A DNA stretch of 64,000 bases from an uncultured virus (IMG/VR IMGVR_UViG_3300030380_005539) (taxonomy: Duplodnaviria > Heunggongvirae > Uroviricota > Caudoviricetes), in IMG/VR virus record IMGVR_UViG_3300030380_005539, positions 1-64,000 of that record; one strand, written 5' to 3'. The notes below the pieces were generated by a model, which saw only the letters and a program-made list of their open reading frames with translations, did not search any database and had not been told where the DNA came from. Position numbers and translations under genes: made by a program. Numbering within the stretch: the stretch's first letter is position 1; each line of letters begins with the position of its first letter. Of this stretch, positions 18,650 through 27,438 are shown piece by piece.

Positions 18650-19282
18650 TTAGTTTTGATTAAAAACATTATAATGGAATTTAATAATTTCCCTATCAAT
18701 TTCAGAGTATTCTGTAACCTCAGTCCAACTCTGCTGGAAAATACTGTCATCGTATTTATATGAGTCATTAGGGAATCCCAAAGACTGTGTTAGTTCTTCT
18801 CTAAGTATATGTTTTGATGTTATGACATCATTTTTTAACCTAGTAGTATTAAGGAATACTTGTGATTCCATTACATAGTTATCCCACCCTCTAACACAAA
18901 AATATCCTACATTATATTGTAAACGGTTCTTTAGTTTTTTTCTTTTCTCTGAAGTTACACCTCTATAATCTATATAATCTAAAGGTGAACCTAAGAAAAT
19001 CACTAAGTTAGCCTCACCCTCATCGTCTATTATAACAACTCTAACAGTATTTATTAAATCATTTAATTCCTTAACGATACGGTTTAATTCATCATTTAAT
19101 TCCTTACTAATTTCTCCTTTTACATAAATTTTTATATCATTATGAAATTTTTTGGGTGTAGTCTTACCTCCCCATTCAGTATTAGATACTATTTCTTCAT
19201 AATATTCTTCTATCTCTTTTTTAGTTTGGGTATAGCTTGTGAAATTTACGATGACTAATAATAATGTGATTAACTTTTTCAT
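18650..19282 (-). CDS. secreted DUF2927-like protein
   Basis: Signal peptide MKKLITLLLVIVNFTSYTQ; HILREELTQSLGFPNDS...DSIFQQ. Confidence 0.75.
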   Translation of the reverse strand: MKKLITLLLVIVNFTSYTQTKKEIEEYYEEIVSNTEWGGKTTPKKFHNDIKIYVKGEISKELNDELNRIVKELNDLINTVRVVIIDDEGEANLVIFLGSPLDYIDYRGVTSEKRKKLKNRLQYNVGYFCVRGWDNYVMESQVFLNTTRLKNDVITSKHILREELTQSLGFPNDSYKYDDSIFQQSWTEVTEYSEIDREIIKFHYNVFNQN

Positions 19283-19296
19283 AATTGTTTGATTTA
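19254..19296 (-). repeat. second copy of the 43-bp repeat
   Basis: Identical to 17149..17191. Confidence 0.9.
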
Positions 19297-19299
19297 ATA

Positions 19300-19331
19300 C
19301 AAATATATAAAAAATAAATTAATCTGCCAAA
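19300..19331 (-). promoter_or_regulatory. Bacteroidota-type promoter
   Basis: Minus strand TTTG (19328-19331), N20, TATATTTG (19300-19307). Confidence 0.75.
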
Positions 19332-19341
19332 TAAAATAGTA

Positions 19342-21807
19342 TTAAACTACCTTAACTTCTATTTTTTCTTTAACTTTACTATAAGAAATACTAATAGTTT
19401 GTCCTTCTTTAATATTATCTTTTAAAATTTCTTCAGATATTGGATCTTCTACATATTTTTGTATTGCCCTATTAAGTGGTCTAGCACCGTATTCCTCATC
19501 GTATCCAGTTTCACATAAGAATTTTTTTGCAGATTTAAGAATTTTTAAATTAAAACCTAATTCCTCGATCCTACCAACGATCTTTACAATTTCTAATTCC
19601 ACTATTTGCGCAATCTCATCTTCTTTTAATGGGTTAAATATAACAACGTCATCTAATCTATTTAAAAATTCTGGTGGAAAGTGTTTCTTTAACTCTTTAT
19701 TTAAAATCTGTGCTCTATACGCTTCTTTATTATCAGATAAAGATTTAGTACTAAATCCTACACCTGTTCCAAAATCTTGTAGTTTTTTAATACCTACATT
19801 GGATGTCATAATAACCATACAGTTTTTAAAGTTTACTTTTCTACCTAAACTATCAGTTAACTGTCCATCATCTAATAATTGTAATAACATATTATATACG
19901 TCTTTATGTGCTTTCTCAATTTCATCAAATAAAATAATAGAGTATGGTTTTCTTCTTACTTTTTCAGTTAGTTGTCCACCTTCTTCATGTCCTACATATC
20001 CCGGAGGTGCACCCACCATTCGTGAAACTGCGTGTTTTTCCTGATATTCTGACATATCCACTCTTATCAATGAATCCTCATCTCCGAACATATATTTAGC
20101 CAATCTTTTTGCTAAATGAGTTTTTCCTGTTCCTGTTGGGCCTAAGAACATAAATGAACCAATAGGTTTTTTAGGGTTTCGTATCCCTACCCTATTTCTT
20201 CTTAAGGATTTAGCAATTTTAACCACTGCATCATCCTGACCTATTACAGAACCTTTCATTACTTTTTCCATACCTAATAATCTCTTCCCTTCATCATTAG
20301 ATAATCTCTTCAATGGAATTCCAGTCATAGATGCAACTACCTCACTTACATCTTCAGGGTTAATAATTGTTCTTTTCTTATCTAAATTATTTCTCCAAAC
20401 ATCTTTTTCTACTTCTAATTTTTCAGTAACTTGTCTTTCTTTATCTCTAAGTTTTGCGGCTTCTTCGTATTTTTGGCTTCTTACAACTCTATTTTTTTCT
20501 TCTTTAATTTCTACAATTTCTTGTTCTAAATCATTAATTACTTTGGGTGGTTTTGCGTTAACTTGTGATCTAGCACCTACTTCATCTAATATATCTATTG
20601 CTTTGTCTGGAAATTCTCTATCAGTTACGTATCTATCTGCTAATTTTACACATTGTATAACAGTATCTTCTAAATAAGTAACCTTATGATATTTCTCATA
20701 TGAACCTTTAATTTTTTCTAATATCTCAATAGTTTCCTCTATTGATGGTGGTTCAATTACTACTTGTTGGAATCTTCTGGTTAGTGCCCCATCTTTTTCA
20801 ATATGTTCCCTAAACTCATCTAATGTGGTTGCCCCAATAATTTGTAAATCTCCTCTAGATAATGCTGGTTTCATTACGTTAGCTGCGTCCATTGATCCCG
20901 TAGCGTTACCCGCACCTACTAATGTATGTAATTCATCTATAAACAAAATGATGTCATCTGTGTCCATCAACTCATCTACTACACCTTTAATTCTTTCCTC
21001 AAACTGACCCCTATATTTTGTACCAGCAACTAATGAGGTTAAATCTAAAGAAACTATTCTTTTATCTAATAATGTACGTGGAGCATCTCCTTCATTAATT
21101 TTTAATGCTAACCCTTCAATAACAGTAGTTTTTCCCACACCAGGATCACCAATTAAGACTGGGTTATTTTTTTTCTTTCTAGAAAGTATTTGTGCAACTC
21201 TTTGTATTACCTCATCTCTCCCAATTACAGGATCTATTTTTCCTTCCGATGCCCTTTTAGTTACATCTATAGAAAAATTATCTAGAATAGGTGTACCACT
21301 ATTTTTATTCTTTTTTCTTGTTGGTTTATTAAATATGTCTTCTTGTTCACCATCTGCCGGTTCAAAACTATCTTGAATTATATATTTTTTAACTGTTTTA
21401 TCATATTTTTTATAATCTACACCCATTTTTTTTAAAATTTTACTTATATTATTTTTTTCTTTTAATATTGATAACATAATATGTGATGTACCTAAATAAG
21501 GTTCTTTAAGTTTATCACATTCTATCTCTGCCTCTTTTATTAGTTTTTTAGTATATTGAGACATTGGTATTAATGACGTTGTTATTTTATCACTTTCTTT
21601 TTCTTTTAATACTTCTTTCTCTAATTTTTTATGTAGATCATCAACATCTATACCTAATTCCACTAAATATTTTATTGCGTCATTATCATAATCATTAATC
21701 ATCGCAATGGTAATATGTTCAATAGATATCTCATGTTGGTTATATAACCTAGCCTCTTCAATAGATTTATTTATGATTTTTTTAACTTTAGGTTGTACTT
21801 TTCTCAT
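19342..21807 (-). CDS. clpC: ATP-dependent Clp protease ATP-binding subunit, ClpC type
   Basis: Clp-N domain; Walker A GDPGVGKT and GPTGTGKT; Walker B IDELH and FDEIEK; UVR middle domain QKYEEAAKLRD; ClpP-docking-like VGF loop. Likely start MRKVQ at 21807. Confidence 0.92.
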   Translation of the reverse strand: MRKVQPKVKKIINKSIEEARLYNQHEISIEHITIAMINDYDNDAIKYLVELGIDVDDLHKKLEKEVLKEKESDKITTSLIPMSQYTKKLIKEAEIECDKLKEPYLGTSHIMLSILKEKNNISKILKKMGVDYKKYDKTVKKYIIQDSFEPADGEQEDIFNKPTRKKNKNSGTPILDNFSIDVTKRASEGKIDPVIGRDEVIQRVAQILSRKKKNNPVLIGDPGVGKTTVIEGLALKINEGDAPRTLLDKRIVSLDLTSLVAGTKYRGQFEERIKGVVDELMDTDDIILFIDELHTLVGAGNATGSMDAANVMKPALSRGDLQIIGATTLDEFREHIEKDGALTRRFQQVVIEPPSIEETIEILEKIKGSYEKYHKVTYLEDTVIQCVKLADRYVTDREFPDKAIDILDEVGARSQVNAKPPKVINDLEQEIVEIKEEKNRVVRSQKYEEAAKLRDKERQVTEKLEVEKDVWRNNLDKKRTIINPEDVSEVVASMTGIPLKRLSNDEGKRLLGMEKVMKGSVIGQDDAVVKIAKSLRRNRVGIRNPKKPIGSFMFLGPTGTGKTHLAKRLAKYMFGDEDSLIRVDMSEYQEKHAVSRMVGAPPGYVGHEEGGQLTEKVRRKPYSIILFDEIEKAHKDVYNMLLQLLDDGQLTDSLGRKVNFKNCMVIMTSNVGIKKLQDFGTGVGFSTKSLSDNKEAYRAQILNKELKKHFPPEFLNRLDDVVIFNPLKEDEIAQIVELEIVKIVGRIEELGFNLKILKSAKKFLCETGYDEEYGARPLNRAIQKYVEDPISEEILKDNIKEGQTISISYSKVKEKIEVKVV

Positions 21808-21813
21808 AATTGG

Positions 21814-21845
21814 TTTGTCTTTATTAATAAATATCATTATATTTG
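21814..21845 (+). promoter_or_regulatory. Bacteroidota-type promoter for the methyltransferase, overlapping the divergent TATTTAT motif of clpC
   Basis: TTTG 21814-21817, N20, TATATTTG 21838-21845; ATAAATA at 21827-21833 within the spacer. Confidence 0.7.
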
Positions 21846-21867
21846 TGTTAAATATAAAAATTAAAAT

Positions 21868-22791
21868 ATGAAAAGTCAATATAAACTCCACTTAGGTGAC
21901 ACAAAAAAAATTGTAAAAGAGATGATTAAAAATGGTGATATGGTAGATACTATTTTTACATCACCACCATATTTCTCAATGAGGAAAAATTATAGTGGTA
22001 ATGACGATGGAAAAATTGGTGCAATACATGTTGACGATTACGCAGATTGGTTTTTAGAATTTACCGATTTGTTTTTAAAAGTGTTGAAACCTAATGGTAG
22101 TTTTTTCTTAAATATTAATGATAAAATAGATAAGGGAGTAGTACATCCAGTAATTGACGAATTAAAGTATAAAATGAGAAAACAAGGTTGGTATATGGTT
22201 GCAAAACCATACATATGGTTTAAAAAAAATGCGATACCAACAAATTGTAAATATAGAGCAATAGATAGATATGAGTATGTTTTTCATTTTTCTAACTCTA
22301 ATAAACCTAAATTTATTGCAGATAATTGTAGGACGGAACATTCAGAAGTAACTAAAAAAAGATTTAAAAAACCAGTCACCACAATTAATTCTAGAGATGG
22401 TGTTTATAATTCAGAAATGAGAGAACTAAATGAAAAAGGTTCTTTACCTCATAATGTAGTAATTGCAGCATCGGAAACTAATCCAGGTATTCTACATCCC
22501 GCACCTTTCAGTGTTGATTTGGCAGAATGGTTTATTAAAATTGGTAGTGACGTTGGTGATACAATATTAGATCCTTTTGCCGGATCTTCAACTACTGGTG
22601 TAGCATCACTAAAACACAAAAGAAATTTTGTAGGTATTGATTTGGTAGAATTTAATATCAATTTTGGTAGAAAAAGAATGAACTATTTTTTAGAAACAGG
22701 TGAATGTTATATACCTAAAAGTAAATTAGAGGAATTGGGTATTGATGTTAACTACTATAAAGTTAAGGGAAAACATATAAATAATCCTTAG
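21868..22791 (+). CDS. N4-cytosine/N6-adenine DNA methyltransferase (beta class)
   Basis: TSPPY catalytic motif before the SAM-binding DPFAGSSTTG; HPAPFS. Confidence 0.9.
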   Translation: MKSQYKLHLGDTKKIVKEMIKNGDMVDTIFTSPPYFSMRKNYSGNDDGKIGAIHVDDYADWFLEFTDLFLKVLKPNGSFFLNINDKIDKGVVHPVIDELKYKMRKQGWYMVAKPYIWFKKNAIPTNCKYRAIDRYEYVFHFSNSNKPKFIADNCRTEHSEVTKKRFKKPVTTINSRDGVYNSEMRELNEKGSLPHNVVIAASETNPGILHPAPFSVDLAEWFIKIGSDVGDTILDPFAGSSTTGVASLKHKRNFVGIDLVEFNINFGRKRMNYFLETGECYIPKSKLEELGIDVNYYKVKGKHINNP

Positions 22792-22831
22792 TGACAAATT
22801 GTCATAAAAATTCTATTGGCATTAGTTTTGT
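22792..22831 (+). promoter_or_regulatory. palindrome TGACA-N3-TGTCA plus a sigma54-like -24/-12 element upstream of hsp20
   Basis: TGACAAATTGTCA 22792-22804; TGGCATTAGTTTTGT 22817-22831 with GG and GT 12 bp apart. Confidence 0.5.
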
Positions 22832-22873
22832 TTATGGTGTGATATAAAATAATAATAAAAAAAATAAAAAATT

Positions 22874-23338
22874 ATGTACAATAGAAATTTAAATGATTTA
22901 TTAAGAGAGTTTATGAATGAAGATTTATTTAGTAGTTCATTTACAGAATTCAGATTACCTAAATTAAGGTATAACAACGATGTAAATAAAAGAGAGTATT
23001 CTGAAAATACACCATCAACAAACGTTTATGAAGATGAATGGTCATATAGATATGAATTAGCTACACCAGGATTCACTAAAAAAGATTTAACTATTACCTT
23101 AAAAGAATCTAATTTAGAAATTAAAGGGGAAAGAAAAATAGAGAATAAAAAAGAAAAAGGTGAATATATCTCTAAAGAATATCACACCACAAAGTTTTTT
23201 AGATCTTTTAATCTACCAGAAAATGTTGTACTAGATGAGGTACACGCAAAAGTAGAGAATGGTATTACTATATTATTTTTACCAAAAGTAACTAAGACAA
23301 AAGTAAATAAAGGTACTAGAACAATAGAGATATCTTAA
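22874..23338 (+). CDS. Hsp20/alpha-crystallin small heat shock protein
   Basis: PSTNVYE...LATPGFTKKDL...F.RSFNLPENV...AKVENGI..I.LPK. Confidence 0.92.
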   Translation: MYNRNLNDLLREFMNEDLFSSSFTEFRLPKLRYNNDVNKREYSENTPSTNVYEDEWSYRYELATPGFTKKDLTITLKESNLEIKGERKIENKKEKGEYISKEYHTTKFFRSFNLPENVVLDEVHAKVENGITILFLPKVTKTKVNKGTRTIEIS

Positions 23339-23361
23339 TTTAACAACATACTTACTCAATT

Positions 23362-23397
23362 AAAAAAACCATAATAATTAAATTATGGTTTTTTTTT
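23362..23397 (+). terminator. Rho-independent terminator
   Basis: AAAAAAACCATAAT / ATTATGGTTTTTTT hairpin with a T run. Confidence 0.7.
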
Positions 23398-23437
23398 ATG
23401 GTTGATTTTTAAAAAAAAAATTATTATATTTGTTTTT

Positions 23438-23680
23438 ATGATTAATACGGCACCTAAATTTAAAAAAATTACTTTAGTTATAAAAAAAGAAAATAACTAT
23501 GACAAATATTTTAAATCCACTCAAACAATAGAACACGAAGATTGTGGAATGGTAATTACGGGTGATTATGTAATTATTACAGAAGATTTTAACGGTGATG
23601 TTATTGATGATGAACATTCAGTTAAAGGTAAAATTTACGAATTAAAAGACATAGATAGTTATAAATTATATAAAAATTAA
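23438..23680 (+). CDS. hypothetical protein
   Basis: Probable start ATG 23438, after TATATTTG at 23425-23432. Confidence 0.65.
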   Translation: MINTAPKFKKITLVIKKENNYDKYFKSTQTIEHEDCGMVITGDYVIITEDFNGDVIDDEHSVKGKIYELKDIDSYKLYKN

Positions 23681-23684
23681 AATT

Positions 23685-23978
23685 ATGTTATTACACAAAT
23701 ATAAAACTAATGAGGCAATAGAAAACCTATATAATTCCAGTAATATTTTAGCATCTAAATATAATATCCATAATAATAAATTAGCAATAATATTTAAAGG
23801 GGGTAGACAATATCTTTATCATGATGTAAAAAAAAGTGATTATGATATTTTTGAAAATGCAGAAAGTCAGGGAAAAGTTTTAAATACACACATTAAAAAT
23901 TATAAAGTAGAGAAAATAGAAGGTACTGTAGATATTACCCCTATTTTAGAACAAATAGAACAATTAAAAAAACAATAG
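23685..23978 (+). CDS. KTSC-domain protein
   Basis: SSNI...Y......L.I.FKGG.QY.Y.DV...Y..F..AESQGK..N..IK pattern. Confidence 0.8.
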   Translation: MLLHKYKTNEAIENLYNSSNILASKYNIHNNKLAIIFKGGRQYLYHDVKKSDYDIFENAESQGKVLNTHIKNYKVEKIEGTVDITPILEQIEQLKKQ

Positions 23979-24017
23979 ACTTTATTCGATTATTAAGTAT
24001 TTATAATAAAAATACTT

Positions 24018-24809
24018 ATGAAAATTAATAATTTAGAAGAACAAGAAATTAATGATATTATTGAAAAAGAAAATATCGATTTATCTTCTTTCAAAATAAA
24101 AGATACTCTAAACCCTAAAATATTTGATAGGGAACAAGAAATGCATAAAGAGGTAAGAAAAAGATTACTTATGATTGCTGATGATTTTTTTGAGACTTTG
24201 GATATTGGTTGGGTAGAAATAAGCGATATAATATTAACAGGTAGTTTAGCTAATTATAATTGGTCTCGTTTTTCAGATGTTGATTTACACATATTAGTAG
24301 ATTTTGGGGAAGTAGATGAAAATGAAGAGTTAGTAAGATCTTATTTTAATTCTAAGAAAAATTTATGGAATGAAAAACACAATATAACAGTAAAAGGATA
24401 TGATGTAGAACTATATGTACAAGATGAAGATGAACCACATATTGCAAGCGGAGTCTACTCTGTAATGTGGGATAAGTGGAACGTAAAACCAATCAAAGAA
24501 GATTTTAAGATAGATACTATAAAAGTAAAAGAAAAAGCAAATAGTATAATTGATACTATAAAACATTTTTTTGAGTTGTATAAAGGTGGTGATTATGATA
24601 AATTAATAAGGACAATAAAAAACCTTAAAGAGAAAATTAAAAAAATGCGGCAAACTGGTTTAGATAGAGAAGGTGAATACTCCTATGAAAATATTGCATT
24701 TAAAGTGTTAAGAAGAATGGAATTTTTAGATAAATTAAGTGAGTTAGAAACTTTAGCATATGATAAATCATTAACCCTTGACGAATCAATACAATTTATA
24801 AGAAACTAA
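24018..24809 (+). CDS. DNA polymerase beta-superfamily nucleotidyltransferase
   Basis: hGS...DhDh motif LTGSLANYNWSRFSDVDLHI; third acidic residue in DVELYVQD. Confidence 0.8.
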   Translation: MKINNLEEQEINDIIEKENIDLSSFKIKDTLNPKIFDREQEMHKEVRKRLLMIADDFFETLDIGWVEISDIILTGSLANYNWSRFSDVDLHILVDFGEVDENEELVRSYFNSKKNLWNEKHNITVKGYDVELYVQDEDEPHIASGVYSVMWDKWNVKPIKEDFKIDTIKVKEKANSIIDTIKHFFELYKGGDYDKLIRTIKNLKEKIKKMRQTGLDREGEYSYENIAFKVLRRMEFLDKLSELETLAYDKSLTLDESIQFIRN

Positions 24810-24868
24810 ATATACGTTATTTTAAGTTTTTTATTGAATTTGTAATATTTATTAAATAAAACATAATT

Positions 24869-25222
24869 ATGGGAACATATTTAACAGGAGAGGTATCAGT
24901 AATTCATGGAGGAGATGATGTAGACTTCGAAAATTATGCATACAGTGCAGTATTTGCTAATTCTGCAGGGACATACAAAATAAACGGAACTAATATGATA
25001 TTAGTTGCGGGAAGGGTAGTAAATGTTGTCGTACAAAAGAAAGGTACTACAATAACACCTGGTAAAACAGACTTATTGTTATTAGGTAACCCAATTGCTC
25101 CCCAAACAAAAGTGAAGACTGGTTTAATATCAGGTACTACTGAAACATTTGACAATAATATAGGTATCGTTGAGACATATCAATACGTTGATATTAAAAC
25201 TGGTAACCCAACACAAAGCTAA
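24869..25222 (+). CDS. hypothetical beta-rich protein, possibly structural
   Basis: 117 aa, Thr/Gly/Val-rich, TATTTAT upstream. Confidence 0.7.
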   Translation: MGTYLTGEVSVIHGGDDVDFENYAYSAVFANSAGTYKINGTNMILVAGRVVNVVVQKKGTTITPGKTDLLLLGNPIAPQTKVKTGLISGTTETFDNNIGIVETYQYVDIKTGNPTQS

Positions 25223-25243
25223 AAAAAATTAAAAAAAAATAAA

Positions 25244-27037
25244 ATGAAAAATTTTGTAAATCCAAAAAAAATTAAAGGACAAGATAAATTAGATAGAATT
25301 AAAGATCTAATGGGAAAAATGAGTACTTTAAATGAAAGCACATCTACATCTGAAGTAGATAATGTAAAAAGAGGTGCTAACGGAGTAATTTATGGTATAG
25401 TAAGAGAAAACCATAGTTATTTCATAAAAACCACTGAAAAAACTTCTGGTAATATAGTAGCAGAAGATTTTAACTATATTGGTGGTTTACAAAATAAAAA
25501 TATGGAAAGATATGGTTCTTATGCTGAAGCGTTAAAACAATTAAATTTAAAATTTGATATGTTGAATGAATCTTTTGGTGTTAAAAGTAATAGTAACTTA
25601 TTTGAGTCAGATGCGGTAGAAGTAAAAGAAGCCAATGCTAGTGGTGTTGTGGTTAAAAAAGAGGAGAAAGAGGTTATTGAAGACCAAAAGAAAGTGATTA
25701 AAGTTGATGCACCAGCACCAGCACCGGTAGAAGATGAGGTTGAGGATGAAGAAGAGGTGTCTATGGAAGAAGATCCATTTGGCGAAGAAGGTGGTGAAGA
25801 AGAAGTATCTATGGATATGGATGTAGAAGAAGAAGGTGGTGAAGATGATGGTGATGGATACACAAAAAAGATTCAAAAATTAACTGGTAAAATTGGACAG
25901 TTATTAAGAGATAAAGATGAACCAGATGCAGAATTAGACAAATACGTTATTAATTCTATTATATCAGCAATTGATTGGGAAGAGATTCCTGACGAAGATG
26001 TTGAAGATATTATCGCTAAGATTGAAGGTGAGGATGAAGAAGACGGTGAATTAGAAGGTGGTGATGAAGAATCAGTAGATTTAGATATGGATGTAGAAGA
26101 AGAAGGTGGTGAAGATCCATTTGCTGAAGAAGGTGGTGAAGAAGAATTGGCAGAGCAAGAGGAAATAGAAAATGAGGAACAAAAAAAACCAAGAGGTCTG
26201 AAGAAGGGAAAACCTTCTAAAAAACAAATGGAAAAAATTATGCAACAGATTCAGAAAAAGATTATGGATGGAGCGGAATTTAAAATGGATGGAAAAACTA
26301 TTGACATATTTAAGATATCAGAAAATGAACGATTGAATGAGGAAGAACCTGTAGATGAAGGAAATAAATTTAGTGGTGAAAGACAAAAAGCAATCGATGC
26401 AGGTGAAGAAGAGTTTGAAGTTGATGGTAAAAAATATGATGTTACTGGAGATAAGGAAGAAAAAAATGAGTCTAGAAAATTTTCTAAAAAACAATTAATG
26501 GAAAACTTTTTAAAAAAAAACATTAATGAGTCTTTAAACAAAATTCTTAAAGAGAATGAACTAATTTGTGAAAAATGTGGTGAAATGCATGAAGGTGACT
26601 GTGGTTCACATGTCGATGAAGATTTTGATATTACAAATCAAACTGCAGAATTGGCAGGTGACGATGTAGGTGTAGTACACGAAGAAAATATGTCTGTAGT
26701 AGATGCAATTGCAACAGGACAAAATTACTTACAAGCATCTGGAGATTTAGATAGAGATGGGGATCAGATTCCTAATAGATTAGATATGGATAGTAATATG
26801 GATGGTGAGTTAGATCACCCAACTTTTGATGATGAAGAATTTATCGAAATAGATTTTGATTCATTAATGGGTAATTCACCAGCACCAACTAAAGAACCGG
26901 GAATTGCACCACCGTCAACTACACCAGGTAGAAAGAAACCAAGATGGAAAAAAATACCTAGACCGGAAGTTAATCCAAAACCAAAAGCAACGGATAGAAG
27001 GAAATTTCATTTAGGTAGAAAAGGTATGTATAGATAA
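25244..27037 (+). CDS. large acidic protein with internal repeats (putative head core/internal protein)
   Basis: Many LNE/INE/LME/VDE sites; EDPFxEEGGEEE and MDVEEEGGED repeats; DxDxDG Ca-binding-like segment. Confidence 0.8.
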   Translation: MKNFVNPKKIKGQDKLDRIKDLMGKMSTLNESTSTSEVDNVKRGANGVIYGIVRENHSYFIKTTEKTSGNIVAEDFNYIGGLQNKNMERYGSYAEALKQLNLKFDMLNESFGVKSNSNLFESDAVEVKEANASGVVVKKEEKEVIEDQKKVIKVDAPAPAPVEDEVEDEEEVSMEEDPFGEEGGEEEVSMDMDVEEEGGEDDGDGYTKKIQKLTGKIGQLLRDKDEPDAELDKYVINSIISAIDWEEIPDEDVEDIIAKIEGEDEEDGELEGGDEESVDLDMDVEEEGGEDPFAEEGGEEELAEQEEIENEEQKKPRGLKKGKPSKKQMEKIMQQIQKKIMDGAEFKMDGKTIDIFKISENERLNEEEPVDEGNKFSGERQKAIDAGEEEFEVDGKKYDVTGDKEEKNESRKFSKKQLMENFLKKNINESLNKILKENELICEKCGEMHEGDCGSHVDEDFDITNQTAELAGDDVGVVHEENMSVVDAIATGQNYLQASGDLDRDGDQIPNRLDMDSNMDGELDHPTFDDEEFIEIDFDSLMGNSPAPTKEPGIAPPSTTPGRKKPRWKKIPRPEVNPKPKATDRRKFHLGRKGMYR

Positions 27038-27038
27038 A

Positions 27039-27437
27039 ATGAATTTAGTTTATATAAATAAGGTTGGACAAAATTGGAAAGGGAACTTCATATACGAATT
27101 TCTCTTTTCTGACATTATAACCGATATAGACGGAGAAGGATGGGATGCATATCCTGCGTCAGGAAATCCTGAATCACCAGAAGAAAAATTTATAAAAAAA
27201 ACTGGTTCATTAACAGGTGAACTAAAATTAGACGTTATACAAGAATCTGATTCATTTGCTATGTGGGATGCCGTAGACGGTATTATAGCAATGGCTTGGG
27301 AAAACTTAGAGGGGTATGATGAATATCCAGAAAAAAGATTATTCTTTGAGTTTGGGGAAAAAATAGACTCAGTAGAATCTAAATTATATGAAAAAGATAT
27401 GGTATTATCTTATAACAATGAATTAATAAATGGGTAA
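27039..27437 (+). CDS. hypothetical protein
   Basis: 132-aa ORF in operon context. Confidence 0.75.
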   Translation: MNLVYINKVGQNWKGNFIYEFLFSDIITDIDGEGWDAYPASGNPESPEEKFIKKTGSLTGELKLDVIQESDSFAMWDAVDGIIAMAWENLEGYDEYPEKRLFFEFGEKIDSVESKLYEKDMVLSYNNELING

Positions 27438-27438
27438 A

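Noticed and set aside
19342..23338. clpC, methyltransferase and hsp20 as bacterial chromosome flanking a prophage
   Set aside because: They are interspersed with phage genes, share the window's promoter motifs and composition, and no integrase, att site or housekeeping operon is present.
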